From: Prorocentrum cordatum
Lineage: Eukaryota
NCBI GenBank assembly: GCA_963575745.1
Contig: CAUYUJ010000032.1
Span: 1-64,000, forward strand
Length of the DNA stretch: 64,000 bases
Direction of reading: 5' to 3'
Shown here piece after piece: positions 39,601-50,761 of the stretch. A program made the translations under genes and the position numbers. Position 1 is the first letter of the stretch, and each line of letters starts with the position of its first letter. The notes under the pieces are model-generated. The model saw only the letters and a list, made by a program, of their open reading frames with translations, searched no databases and was not told the origin of the DNA.

Positions 39601-40640
39601 GGAAACGCGACGCCACCCACGACTCTCAGGACTTCCGACGGGATACCGACCTCCAGACGTCCTGACAGCTGATACTTTCACAATGGTAGGCCCCACCGCT
39701 CTACCAAAGTACTGCTTCTGATCCAAAACTCCGTGATAGGTTCCAAGCTCACGTTCCAGCGACTCGGCGAAAACCCGATAGCACGCATCCAACGACTCAC
39801 GATCCCCAACCGATCGAACAGAGCCCAGGAGCTCCCGATAATCGAGTGGTTCTGGCATGGGTCCTATCACAATGTCCTGCGGGAAGGCCCTCGGCTGGCG
39901 GAGCGACTGGACCAGCACGCTCAAGGGCTCGCTGCGAAATTTGACCACGACGGGCCAGTGCGGCTTCGTCGACGCCTTCCTACTGATGGCACAAGAATGG
40001 ACGCTGGCCGCCAGACCTGCAGACATCACAAAGTAGTCAATCGTTTTCCAGACCTTGGCAGTGGACTTACACGTGTAAGACGCTGGCTTCACCATCTGTC
40101 CCCCGAGACGGCCAGCCCACCCCAACTCCTGGAGTCTATCTGGCGAAACGTTCCAGTCACCTCCAAGGACAAACGGTAAGCCCCAAGAATGTAACTGCTC
40201 TCCGATTCTATTCAAAATTTGGCCCCCAGTAAGCCCCACTGGGTCCTGGTCGGGCAAGTAGATGGACCCAATGATGAGCCCCCCTGGCACATACGCGTTG
40301 ACCCACATCAGCTGCTGGCGATGCGGGCTCGGCAAGCGCTTGACGTCCGTCGGCGGCATGCCCAGCCCGACGAAATCCCTGCACGCAACCGTGACGCCTC
40401 CTGACAGGCCTCCAGCCTCGGTGACCTCCGACGGGCGAAGGGACGCCTGCCAGCCTAGCTTTTTCAACTGAGCTTCGCAATCCACTCGATCCGACGGGTC
40501 AACAGTTAGTTCCTGAAGCATGACGATATGACTCGACGCTTCCCCCTGGAGAGACTGCTTTGCCGAGGACCAAGCCGTGGTATTACAGGCTTCTAGACAG
40601 AAAAACTCTCCCTGGCGAGACCTGGCCGATTTATTCTTAA
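36629..40640 (-). pseudogene. LINE ORF2: APE endonuclease, partial RT, CCHC, RNase H, Cys/His-rich tail; start approximate
   Basis: APE motifs ACNTT, MLQE, SIYLP, GGDWN, TIDYF, PHWPV. RT motifs AAGVD, GKPE*GFRPIALLP, VVDD, RNLG. Zinc motif CQLC..H..C. RNase H motifs LDGS, GEVYAL, VTDC, IRSH, GNRKADELA. Frameshift near 39300 and a stop at 38930-38932. Confidence 0.9.
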
Positions 40641-40855
40641 TCTGCCCTGGCTGGGCTAGCCTACTCTTACGAACAGCTTGGGGCCCTGTAAGAGGCCAGG
40701 CACTAGGGGGAAGAGGAAGAGCTGGGGACGGCAGATCGGGGAGGTGGGATGTCGGCGGGGGCGGGGGCCAAACCAGCGACCGAAAGAAGATCCCAGGCGG
40801 CCGCGAGGGGCCAACCGCCGCATTGCCCCACCAGCAAGTGGGGCAAGGCAGGCCG

Positions 40856-42064
40856 CTACCCACCAGACGTTTTCCCTTGGGCCCCTCCTGCCGCCCCAGA
40901 CGCGCCTGGGACGCCTCCAGCTTCCCTTCCAGCACCGCTTCCTCCTCCCTTGCTGCCGAGAGCCTCGGCGGCCCTAGCACGCACGTCCACCTTGGGAGAG
41001 CTGGCAGTGGCTCCGCCACCGCCCGAGCCTCGCACAGGGCTGTCAGGGGCGCCAGGGCCTCCAGCAGCAGCAGCCGCTGGAGGAGCAGCACCACCAGGCG
41101 GCTCAGCACAGCGCTGCCCGCCGCCCCCGGAGTTGCCCTCGGCGCCCTTCCGCTTCTTCTGCAACCTGCTGACGTGCGCGGAATGCTCCTGACGCAACTT
41201 CTCCGCGGTCTCCTTGGCTCCTCCGAATAGCTGCTTCGCCATGCCCTGCACTCCTTTGCGCAGCTGCTCCTTCCTGGCAGCTGCCTCCTTCTTGTCCGTG
41301 TCGGTGAACTCATAGATGTCAGCAAGTCCGAAGAAGTCGTCGCAGCCGTCCAGGTCGATGCACGACGTGTCTCCTGCAAGCAACTGCTCCAAATTGATCT
41401 TCGGTGCCGCGGGCTGGTCGCTGTGGGCCTGGCTGTACATGGCCCTGAGCAAACCCTTGTACTCGTCGTCCGCGTCGCCAAGCTTCGTCTGCAGCAGCTG
41501 GACCTCCGTCTCCTGGTCTGCGACCGCCCGGCGTAGCCGACCCAACTTGTCGATTGCTGCCTCCAGCACCTTCTCAAGATGCACGATCTGCGCGTGCGCT
41601 CGGTGCGCACGCACCTGCAGCGGCGGTTCCTTCGGCTGGACCGCCTCCTTCTGCTTGAACTCCAATAGCTTCTGGTACTTGGTGACCATCACGTGGTCAC
41701 CCGTCTCAGTGCCAAGGCTGATGAGCTGCTGGATCTCGGCCACCGAGAGCTGCGCGCCCCCGTTGCCCAGGCCAGGGGGGGGGGGGGGCTGCAAGCCGAC
41801 CGAGCGGGGCGGGACGTCCGCCGCGAGCATGCCCTCCTCCTCGGCGACGGGCTCGTTCCAGGCGACGCGGCAGCGCACGCAATACCAGGAGCTCCAGCCG
41901 TTCTTCTTACAACCACAGAGCTGACACTGCCACTTCCGATGGGGCCCCTTCGAACCTCCTCGCTTGTTGCTGCCACGCTCGTCAGCCCAAGACACACTCT
42001 TCTGGTGTCCGCCTGCTGCATCTCCCCAAGCCATGAGAGAGCTCGAACAGGAATCTTGGGCCAC
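40856..42064 (-). CDS. LINE ORF1 (402 aa) with RanBP2-like zinc finger and coiled coil
   Basis: WQCQLCGCKKNGWSSWYCVRC; heptad-like central region; first ORF after the SL. Confidence 0.8.
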   Translation of the reverse strand: MAQDSCSSSLMAWGDAAGGHQKSVSWADERGSNKRGGSKGPHRKWQCQLCGCKKNGWSSWYCVRCRVAWNEPVAEEEGMLAADVPPRSVGLQPPPPPGLGNGGAQLSVAEIQQLISLGTETGDHVMVTKYQKLLEFKQKEAVQPKEPPLQVRAHRAHAQIVHLEKVLEAAIDKLGRLRRAVADQETEVQLLQTKLGDADDEYKGLLRAMYSQAHSDQPAAPKINLEQLLAGDTSCIDLDGCDDFFGLADIYEFTDTDKKEAAARKEQLRKGVQGMAKQLFGGAKETAEKLRQEHSAHVSRLQKKRKGAEGNSGGGGQRCAEPPGGAAPPAAAAAGGPGAPDSPVRGSGGGGATASSPKVDVRARAAEALGSKGGGSGAGREAGGVPGASGAAGGAQGKTSGG

Positions 42065-42146
42065 AAGGTGTGGCGAGTATGCGGGTAGGTAGGACCCTCA
42101 CCCTGGGCAGGGCCACTGATCGAGGGTCGCGCGGGTCTCTGACCAG

Positions 42147-42160
42147 CTTTAGCCAAATGG
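42147..42160 (-). other. Relict spliced leader
   Basis: CCATTTGGCTAAAG versus the expected relict CCATTTTGGCTCAAG (1 deletion, 1 substitution), directly 3' of the full SL. Confidence 0.85.
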
Positions 42161-42182
42161 CTTGAGCCAAAATGGCTACGGA
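42161..42182 (-). other. Full 22-nt dinoflagellate spliced leader (genomic copy)
   Basis: Minus strand reads TCCGTAGCCATTTTGGCTCAAG, an exact match. Confidence 0.97.
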
Positions 42183-42752
42183 CCTCCTCCTCCTCCTCCT
42201 CCTCCTCCTCCTCCTCCTCCTCCTCCCCCTCCCCCCCTTCCTCCTCATCCCCCCCCCCCCCCCTTTCATCCTTCGACTTTGATAAACGGAGGAGGAGGGA
42301 GGAGGACGAGGAGGACCAGGGGGAGGAGGAGGATGAGAAGGAGGAGGAGGAGGGGGCAAGAGGAGGAGGAGGAGGGAAGGAGAGGGAGGAGGTTACTTAA
42401 CATACCAGGCAGCGAACTCAGCCGCATGGCCCCACGTCGACCACAGTCACGGCCACCTGGCCTGCAGAGGGGGGGAGGAGGAGGCCTGAGGAGAAGGAGG
42501 AAGAGGCTTGAGGTGGAGGAGGAGGAGGAGGAGGAGGAGGCCTGAGGAGGAGGAGGAGGAGAAGGAGGAGGAGGCTTGTGGAGGAGGAGGAGGAGGAGGA
42601 GGAGGAGGATGTTATGGAGGAGTAGGAGGAGAAGGAGAAGGAGGAGGAGGAGGAGGAGGAGGAGGAGGAGGAGGAGGGGGGAGGGAGGAGAGAGGACCCG
42701 TTTATTCACCGCCGGAAGCTCCAGGGGGGGGGTCAAAATTATAGACATTTAC

Positions 42753-45700
42753 AGGATGGCAAGCACGACGATAAGAAGCTCAACGGACATTGCGGCCGAT
42801 GCGGAAAGTGGGGACATCGCCAGCGGGACTGCTACGCCAGATTCAACAACGTCACGTCGACGGATGGGAGAATACAGCTGGAGCGAAAGTCCGAACTGGA
42901 GTGCGACCTGGGACACCGCCGGCAGTACGAGGGACAACGGCGACGCGGCGGCCAGCGGCCAGTAGGACGAGTCGAAGGTGAATGCAGGTGCCGTCACGTG
43001 CCGTGCGTGTGAGGACGAGGCCTGAGCGTTTGCCGTCGGCGGCGTCGAGGGCCCTGTCAGGACGCGTGCTGGAGAGATCGTCGACATCATGGTGGACACA
43101 GGCGCCAACAAGTCGGTGCCCAGACCTAGAGATTTCCCCGACTACCCGATCATGCAGGATCGCAAGCTGGAGATCAAGGTTGCGAATGGCGCGTCCCTCA
43201 AACACTACGGAGACAAGCAGGTGAACCTGATGACCGAAGACGACGAGGACACCAAGGTGAGGTTTCACGTCACTGAAGTCACAAAACCGATCCTCAGTGT
43301 CAACTGCATCAACAAGGCAGGAGCTGGGTTGGATTTCCCACCACCGGGCTCGACGGGCCCACCCTCGATCACGCGGGATTCGAGGAGGGGGCGATCACGG
43401 CTGGGGCTTAAGAGGATGTTCGGGCTGTTCTTCCTGCGCGCGACCTTCCTCAGCTACGCCCAGACGAAGCTCGGTGTGGACGGACTGGTCATTAACAACA
43501 CGGCTACGGAGAACCCAGACTAGCACGTCGCGGCGTTGATGGACGAACCAGTGGAGCCGACGGTACGACCTGAGGCAGAGGTGGTGGCGGTCCCGAACGA
43601 GGCTACGAAGGCGGAGAGAGACGCCCATGAAGCTCTCCAGTGTCCGCATGCAGCGCGGTGCACGGAATGCGTCGCAGGACGTGGCCTGGACAACAAACAC
43701 GAGAGGGTCAGGGAGATCGACGCTCTTCCCGTGGCCCGAATAGATTATATGTTCGGCAAGACGCGGCACGACGAGAAGGCGCACCCAGTCATGAACGCGA
43801 TCGACAATGCGTATGACGCCACGGCATCGATATGGTGCGAGGCGAAAGGAGGTGGAGATTTGTTCGTGATAAAGAGTCTGAAGCGGCATGTGCGGAGGCT
43901 CGGGTTCTAGCAGGTCATCTTCCAGCGTGACCCCGCGAACGCAGCAGCAAGGGACGCAGCGGCGAAGGTGGCGACTGACTTGAAAATGAATTCCAGGTCC
44001 ACCCCCAAGGCGAGCAAGGGCAGCAACGGCACGTTGGAGCGATTCTACTCTTTCATCGAGGGCACGCCGAGGACCTGGAGGAGGGCCATCGGAAGAAAGT
44101 ACGGGATCGTGATCGAGCCGCGGCATCCCATCATGGCCTGGATCGCGCGGCACGCCTCCTGGACGCACGATCGGTTCCTCGTCCACCGCTCCGACTACAA
44201 GACCTCGTTCGAGCGCCAGCACGAGAGGCACTGCGACAAGAAGGCCCGCCACTGGGCGAGACGGTCATGCGGCGGCAGCCTGGGCCCATCGCCGCGAAGT
44301 TCGAGACCGCCCGGGGCTGCGGCATCTACCTGGGGCCTTCGCTGGAGGACGACCAACGCATCTGCGGCGCGCGACGCGGCATCACCCTGGCGAGACCGGC
44401 CCGACGGCTGGTGGAGAGCGAGCGGCACGACAAGCAGTTGTTGCTCGCGATGAAAGGCATCCCTGGGGATACCCGCCCGACCAACGCGTCGGCGCCAGTG
44501 GTCGACAGGGTCGCCGAGGCCTTGGACTTGAACCAGCCGAAGCCCACCAGGCCTCCCCGGCCCGAGGGCGCCGCGGCGCAGGAGGGGCAGGCCGACCAGC
44601 CTCGGCCAGCCAGGCCCTAGGCGCAGCGAGAGGGTGACTCGGCAGCTGGCGCCGCGCCAGCCGCCGACGAGGGCGCGCGCGATGAGGAGATGCGCTATGA
44701 CGACGCGGAGGACGGCAATGCCTTGCCGGACACGACGTCCAAGGAGTTCACGCCAGGTTGCAGTGGATGCTTGGGCACATCGCACCGACCCTCGATCTAT
44801 CGCCTCCAGAGGAGGAGACTGACCCCCCGAGACACACGCAGCAAGCGGGCTGCTGGCGAGAGCTCGGCTGCGCCAGATTCGAAGCGCGCGGCAGTCGAGG
44901 AAGCTAAAAGCGCCGCTGGCAAGCGGGCCAGCGAGGCGCCCGCGGAAGGCGAGGCGCGCGAGAAGGAGAGGAAGGTCCAGGCGGTGAAGGTTGGCAACGT
45001 GATGGTCGCCAACGCTATGGGCTACCCCGAGGGCACCGAGCTCTGCGCCCCGTGCGAGCTCGACCCGAACTTCGAGCTGCTGAACGAGGCCTACTACGAC
45101 GACGACAACGACGACGGCGAGCAGCTCGACATGGACCAGGTCCGCGAGGGCATCGAGCGAGAGGCGAAGTTCATGGAGTCGCTCGACATCGGCGAGGTGG
45201 TCGAGCGCCCACACGGCAAGAAGGTCTGGGGCACGCGATGGTGCCACTGCAAGAAGGGCGACGGCGTTAGGAGCAGGTTCGTCCTGAAGCAGTTTAAGGA
45301 TGCGCAGGCAGGCGACTTCCTCGCTTGCGCCCTCCTCACGGAGGCCGCGCCTGCGCCGATGGCGGCGGCGACGATGCTCGAGCACAGCATTGCGACGACG
45401 GACTCCAGCGTGACTTTCACGCACACGCCAGTGAAGGAGGACGCCGAGATCTATGCGGGGATGACGCCTGCGTACGGGATGGGTTACGGCTTCGTGTGGA
45501 AGCTGAGCAAGTCTCTCTACGGGCTCAGGGAGGCGGCGCTCAGGTTTCAGGAGCTCTCGGGCGCATCGCGGTCGGCCTTGGCTTCGAGGCGCGCAATGCC
45601 GAACCCGCCATCTACCGCCACAGGGAGAAGGGCATCAGGGTCGTTGTCCACACAGACGACCCCCTTGCCCCGGGCCCGACGCAGGGCGTGCACGACGAGT

Positions 45701-47185
45701 TCTTCGACGAGCTGGCCAAGCATTATGCGATCCAGGGGCGGCGCGTTCCAGGCGAGGACCCCGTGATCAACTTCGGTTCGTCGTTGCAGCAGTTCGGGGG
45801 CGTGGTCGTGGAGAAGAGCAAGCCTGTCTACGTGGAGAGCATTGTCAAGGCCGCGGGGACGCCGTGCTGCAAGACGGCGGGCACTGCGGGGGCGAGGCCA
45901 GACCTCGCACAGCCTGGAGCCGAGCAGCTGCTCAAGAGCGAGGAGCACGCGCTGTGCCAGGGGTGCCGCGGGACGATCCAGTTCGCCACCCCTCGGAGGC
46001 TGGACGCGACGCACCCGCTGAAGGAGCCGGGCAGGCGGCTGAGCGAACCACGCTCGGCCGACATGAAGTGCCTGAAGCACCTCCGCTACCTCAGCGGGAC
46101 GATCGACCTGGCGATGGTTCATTGCTCTTCGCGAGACTGGAAGCGTCTGCGAGGGAGCACGGACTCGGACTGGACTGGATGTCCGGAGACACAGAAGTCG
46201 ACGGCTTGCGGGATCGTGCGATGGCGCAGCGCGGCCGCGAGTGCCTACGCGCGCACGGAGTCGGTCTTGGCCCAGTCGAGCCCTGAGGCCGAGTACCAGG
46301 CGGCGGTGGAGCTGGCGGCGGAGATGCTGTACGTCCGCGAGCTCGTCAGGTTCATGGGCTTCGAGACGTCCCGGGAGATCGAGCGCGACGCCTCCTCTGC
46401 CATCGCGATCGCCTCGCGACGAGGTCTCGGCAAGCTGGGCCACCTGGAAGTCGAATGGCGTCGGCCCCAGCAGCTCGTCGGAACGGGGCAGATCAAGATC
46501 CCGAAGGCGAAGGGCACGGAGAACCGACCCGACGTCGGCGCGACGTTCCTGGGCAAGGCTGCGCTGGAGAAGTGCCGTTCTATGCTGGGCATGACGCCCG
46601 TTGGGATGTATGGCGCTGGGACTGCGGCGGCCCTGACGGCGACAGGGGGGGCACGATACATGGCAGCGTTCATGGCGATGGTGAACGCGGCAAGAGCCGA
46701 GACCGCGACCACGGCAACTACGACGGCCACTACGACTGCACCGGAGGTGCACGTGATGATTGCCCCGGTCGGGTCGGGGTTCTGCATGCTGACGGGGATG
46801 ATGCTCGCGATCTGCGGCACGGTTTTGCGACAACAACAAGGGGTGGCGAGCGCGAGTGCTGGTGCTACGACGCAGGTGGAGCCTGAGCAGGAGCGGGAGC
46901 CAGATCCGCCCGCGCCTGCGAGTCGAGCGCCACCCCCAGACGACGAGACGCACGGCGGTCCACTCGTTGGCGCGGCGCAGCGGACTTCAAGGGCATGCCA
47001 GGCGATTGATTCCACGCGCTGGCTGCCTGATCTGCACGAGGCCCGTGCCAGTCGGCACGCCGCAGATGTTTCACACCAGCACCGAGGAGTCCGCGATCCA
47101 CGCTGACGAGAGCTGCCGAGGCCTTCGGCCAAGGAAGCACCGCATGATCTCGAGGCGGGCGTGCGCGCTGTGCTTTGCACGGTGA
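42753..47185 (+). pseudogene. pol: Copia gag zinc knuckle and pol (PR, INT, RT, RNase H, C-terminal extension), multiply disrupted
   Basis: Zinc knuckle CGRCGKWGHRQRDC; protease IMVDTGA; integrase HEALQCPHAARCTECV, IDYMF, SNGTLER; RT GTRW..RSRFV, KSLYGLREA, VHTDD; RNase H TDSDW, SSPEAEY, DASSA, GTENRPD. Confidence 0.92.
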
Positions 47186-47299
47186 TGCTCGCGCCCCTTC
47201 CGCGAGCCCTCCCACCATGTCTGCGATGGCGCGCTCATCGCGCCGCTCGCCGAGGCTGGAGAAACGTGTGTGATTTGCGGGCCCCTCGGCAACAGGCTC

Positions 47300-47308
47300 G
47301 AAGAGGGG
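47300..47308 (+). promoter_or_regulatory. Polypurine tract
   Basis: GAAGAGGGG directly before the 3' LTR. Confidence 0.8.
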
Positions 47309-47493
47309 TGTCGGTAAGTGGCGCTCCTGAAGGCCCCCATCGGGTCCCTGGAGCCCCGAGGCCCCCTCGCTGCACATGCATGTCACATAAAGCGTTGTTG
47401 GGTGACTGAATTCATGAATGATTGGCTATTACCGTTTTGACACGAGGATCCGAGAGTGAAGAACGATACATGATCAGATAATTGCTGTCAAGA
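47309..47493 (+). repeat. 3' LTR (185 bp)
   Basis: TGTCGGTAAG...GCTGTCAAGA followed by TSD AGGTC. Confidence 0.93.
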
Positions 47494-49240
47494 AGGTCTC
47501 TTGCGAGAAGAAAAGTAGGGAGATCTCCTTCTCCAAGCTGCGCAAGCTAAGGGGGACCTAGTCCCTGGGACTGAGCTCCGTTGTGAAAGAGCGCGCCCTC
47601 TGTAGAGGTTGGGGGACGATTGGATGAGTGGATCCAGTGGAGGATATGAAGAACCTCGGGACCCAGTACACATTGCCTGCTGAAGTTGCCGCATTTTTCA
47701 ATTAGTATATCTTGCTGCACGCGCGCTGCGCGACGCCATCTCCGTGCGTGCGCGGCCGGTCCATCTGTGCTCTGAGGCTGGACCTTGGCCTCGAGGCGGA
47801 CAGGGTCAATATCAGTACCTCTCTCCTTCTCCCTTCGTCCTGCCCCCTCCTCAAGTGCGAACGCTGCTACATATCCCAGAAACCGTGGCCAGGGGGATGG
47901 ATGTTGGCGATGAGCGGGCTGGGTGGGGGAGGAGGGCCGGACACACTAGTGCAAGGGCGGCCTGCCATTGCACGTGTTCCATCTGTCCGAGACAAGGGCA
48001 GCTTCTCGTTTCAAGCAGCAGGGATTTTGCAAACGGCTGGTTTCTGCGGACATCCGCATACAGCAGTGCCACGCCCTGGAAGAGAAAAAACAAACAAACA
48101 AACAAACAAACAAACAAACAAACAAACAAACAACTTGGGGGCCGTTTTGAAGCCTCTTGCGGCCTCCTGGGGGGCCTCTTGGAGCAGAGGGCTCGAATTG
48201 TCGGTTCGTGTTCCCCCTCTGTGGCCTTTCGAGGGACCGTTTTGGGGATATCTTGGGCCGTCTTCAACGTCCTCAAGGTTTTCTTGGAGCATTCTTGGGC
48301 CGTCTTGGGGGCTTCTTGGGCCATCTTGGGGCAGTATCCCCGGCTTCGCGGCCGTCTTGGAGGGTCGAAAGCTCGAAAAGGCGAGAACCCAAAACACATT
48401 GGACAACCTTAGCATCATCAATGTTTTGTTTGCCTCTCGATGCCCTCTTGGGGTCTTCTTTTGGGGCTCCTGGGGCCTGCTGGGGGCATCTTGGGGCGGA
48501 GGGCTCGAATTTGTTGTTCGTGTCCCCTGTTTGGGGCCTTATTTGAAGCTGTCTTGGAGCTCTCTTCTCTGGGGCCGTCTCGGGCGCCTCTGGTACCATG
48601 TTGGAGCCCTCTTGGGCCGTCCTGGAGCTTTGTATGGAGGCCTCTGGAGCTGTCTCTCATGGTGCCAACATCGCAGAGCTGATTTCGTTCTGAAAACGAT
48701 AGGTGGCCCAGGGTGTCCTGGAGAATTTCGTTCCGTATTTCGATGTGAATTTCGTGCGGATTCTTTTTGCCCAGGAATGAAGATCAAAAAGAATCCACGC
48801 AAAATTCACTTCCGGTGCAATGAGCTGTCTCGGAGCAGTATCGGGGGCTACTTTGGTTGTCTTGGAGCGCCCGAAGCTCAGAAAGGCGAGAACGCAAAAA
48901 CATTGAAAGCCCGGCTGGAGATCAATGATTGTTGACTCTCGGGGCCCTCTCTGTGGCCTCTTTGTGGCCTCTCGGCTTCTCCACGGGGCGGACTGCTCGA
49001 AGTGTTGGTTCGTGTTCCCCCTCTTGGGACCTTCTTGGGGCCGCTTCGGAACCCTCCTGGGCAGTCTTGGGCACCTCGTGGGCCGTCTTGGAGCCCTTTG
49101 GGGCCTTGCCTCTGCGGCTGTATTGGGGTTCTCTTGGGGGACGTCGGAACCCCAAGAGGCCCAAACGTCTTTGGGCCTCTGGGCCTCGTAAAGGCGAGAA
49201 CCCCAAAAGCCTTCAACCTCGAATGAGAATATCTGGCCTG

Positions 49241-49398
49241 TTACCAGCCTCGAACGTATCCCTATCCTTAAGATTGACACGCCAAAAGGCGATGACAATC
49301 TTAGGGATTCGCCCTCAAAAAATAAGGGAATCCCTAAGATTGGCAGCGTGATGAGGAGGTGCCCAGCATAGGGATAGGGATATGTTCCAGGCTGGTAA
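49241..49398. mobile_element. 158-bp MITE with ~30-bp terminal inverted repeats (TIRs)
   Basis: TTACCAGCCTCGAACGTATCCCTATCC versus the reverse complement of the right end, TTACCAGCCTGGAACATATCCCTATCC; GCCTG on both flanks. Confidence 0.8.
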
Positions 49399-50761
49399 GC
49401 CTGTGCCTCTCGAGGCCCCCTCTCGGGAAGGCTCTTAGGGGCCATCTTGGGCTCCTGGGGCGGCTTTGAGGCCACCTCGGACCACCTGGGAGGCCAACGT
49501 GGGCCGTCGTGGAGCCACGGCTGGGCCGTCTGGGAGGCACCTCGGCCCCTGGAGCGCGAATCGGAGCGCGAACCGGTTGCACTTCGCAGGGGACTGCGGC
49601 CTCGAGGAGAGGGGGCGACTCATGCAGGGCAACGTGACGAGAGGGGGGGGCGGGCATGCATGCTGGACAGAGACCCTGTCCGGCAGCACTTGGCACTCCA
49701 GCACGCCTCAACGTGCCGGGGGGCACGATGGCGGACGACAGGAAGCGCGCGCGAGGTGCGAGGAGCGTGGACCGTCTCAAAGAAATCTTTTCATGGGGCT
49801 CCGCGCTGCACTTCGGACAGGCGTGGGCGGATTTCAAACTAGCCGTTTCGCTCGAGACATCCTCAAAAAATTGGCCCCGGAGGGGACTCCGAATCGACAT
49901 CGTCTTAGAATCGATCCCGGAGGGCTTCGATCGGCCCAAGGAGGCCCAAAAAACGCCCCAGAGGGCCCCAAGAGCTCCCCAAGAGGACCCCACGAGACCC
50001 CCAAGAGCGTTCCAGACAGCTCACAAGAATCCCAAAACGGCCCAAGACGGGCCAAGAGGGCCCCAAGAGCCTCCCAGGAACGCCCCAGCCCCAAACGGCC
50101 CAAGAAAGCCCCAAGACGGCCCAAGATGGCGCCGAGACGGCCCAAGAAAGCTCCCAGAGAACCCCACGATGCGCCCAGACAAACCAAGAAGACCCCAGAA
50201 ACCCACACGAGGACCCAAGAGGCATTCAAGAAGCCCCCAACAGACCCGAAGACAACCCCGCGCGGCGCCAGGAGCCCCCCCCGGGTAGCTCGATAAGGTC
50301 ACCAGCACCATCTTTTGATTCAACATCTTTCTCCAATTGCCTCTTACTGTCCTGCGTCGTCGTCGTCATCGTCCTCCGCATTCCTCCTCGTACTCGCCCT
50401 TGTTCTCTTCGTCCTCGTCCTTGTGCTGATCTTCCTCCTCGATGTCCTCATGCTCCTCCTCGCTACCCTCACGTTCTCCACGTCGTCCTCGTCATCGCCT
50501 CCTCGCAGCCCGCGCCTTCCTATTCTTCTTCGCCGCCGCATGCGCCCACTGGACTACAGCGGCGCCTCCCGTTCTTGTCTGATCAGGCTGCGAGGTGCCG
50601 TGGCCACCTTGAGCCTTCTCGGGGCTGCTTGGAAGCAGAATCGAGGCCGTCGAGGGCCAACTTGGTCCGTCGTTGCCTCCTAGCCAGGGCGATGCCAGGC
50701 TGCCTCGCATCACGGTGGCGCCACGAGGAGCAATCGTGGGGCGGTCTCTCGCCTTGCCCCG

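Larger units (their letters stand above)
36520..42182 (-). mobile_element. SL-capped non-LTR retrotransposon (LINE) with RNase H, inserted in (GGA)n
   Basis: 5' SL and relict SL, ORF1, ORF2 domains, ~110-nt 3' UTR running into (GGA)n; (CCT)n on both plus-strand flanks. Confidence 0.92.
35461..42752. mobile_element. Composite insertion in gag: ~1.6-kb non-coding carrier plus nested LINE
   Basis: Flanked by AGGA (35457-35460 and 42753-42756); removing it restores the in-frame GKGKDGKHD. Confidence 0.75.
34354..47493 (+). mobile_element. Decayed Ty1/Copia LTR retrotransposon, interrupted at 35461-42752
   Basis: Paired LTRs, TSD AGGTC (34349-34353 and 47494-47498), PBS, PPT, and domain order gag-PR-INT-RT-RNH. 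Confidence 0.95.
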
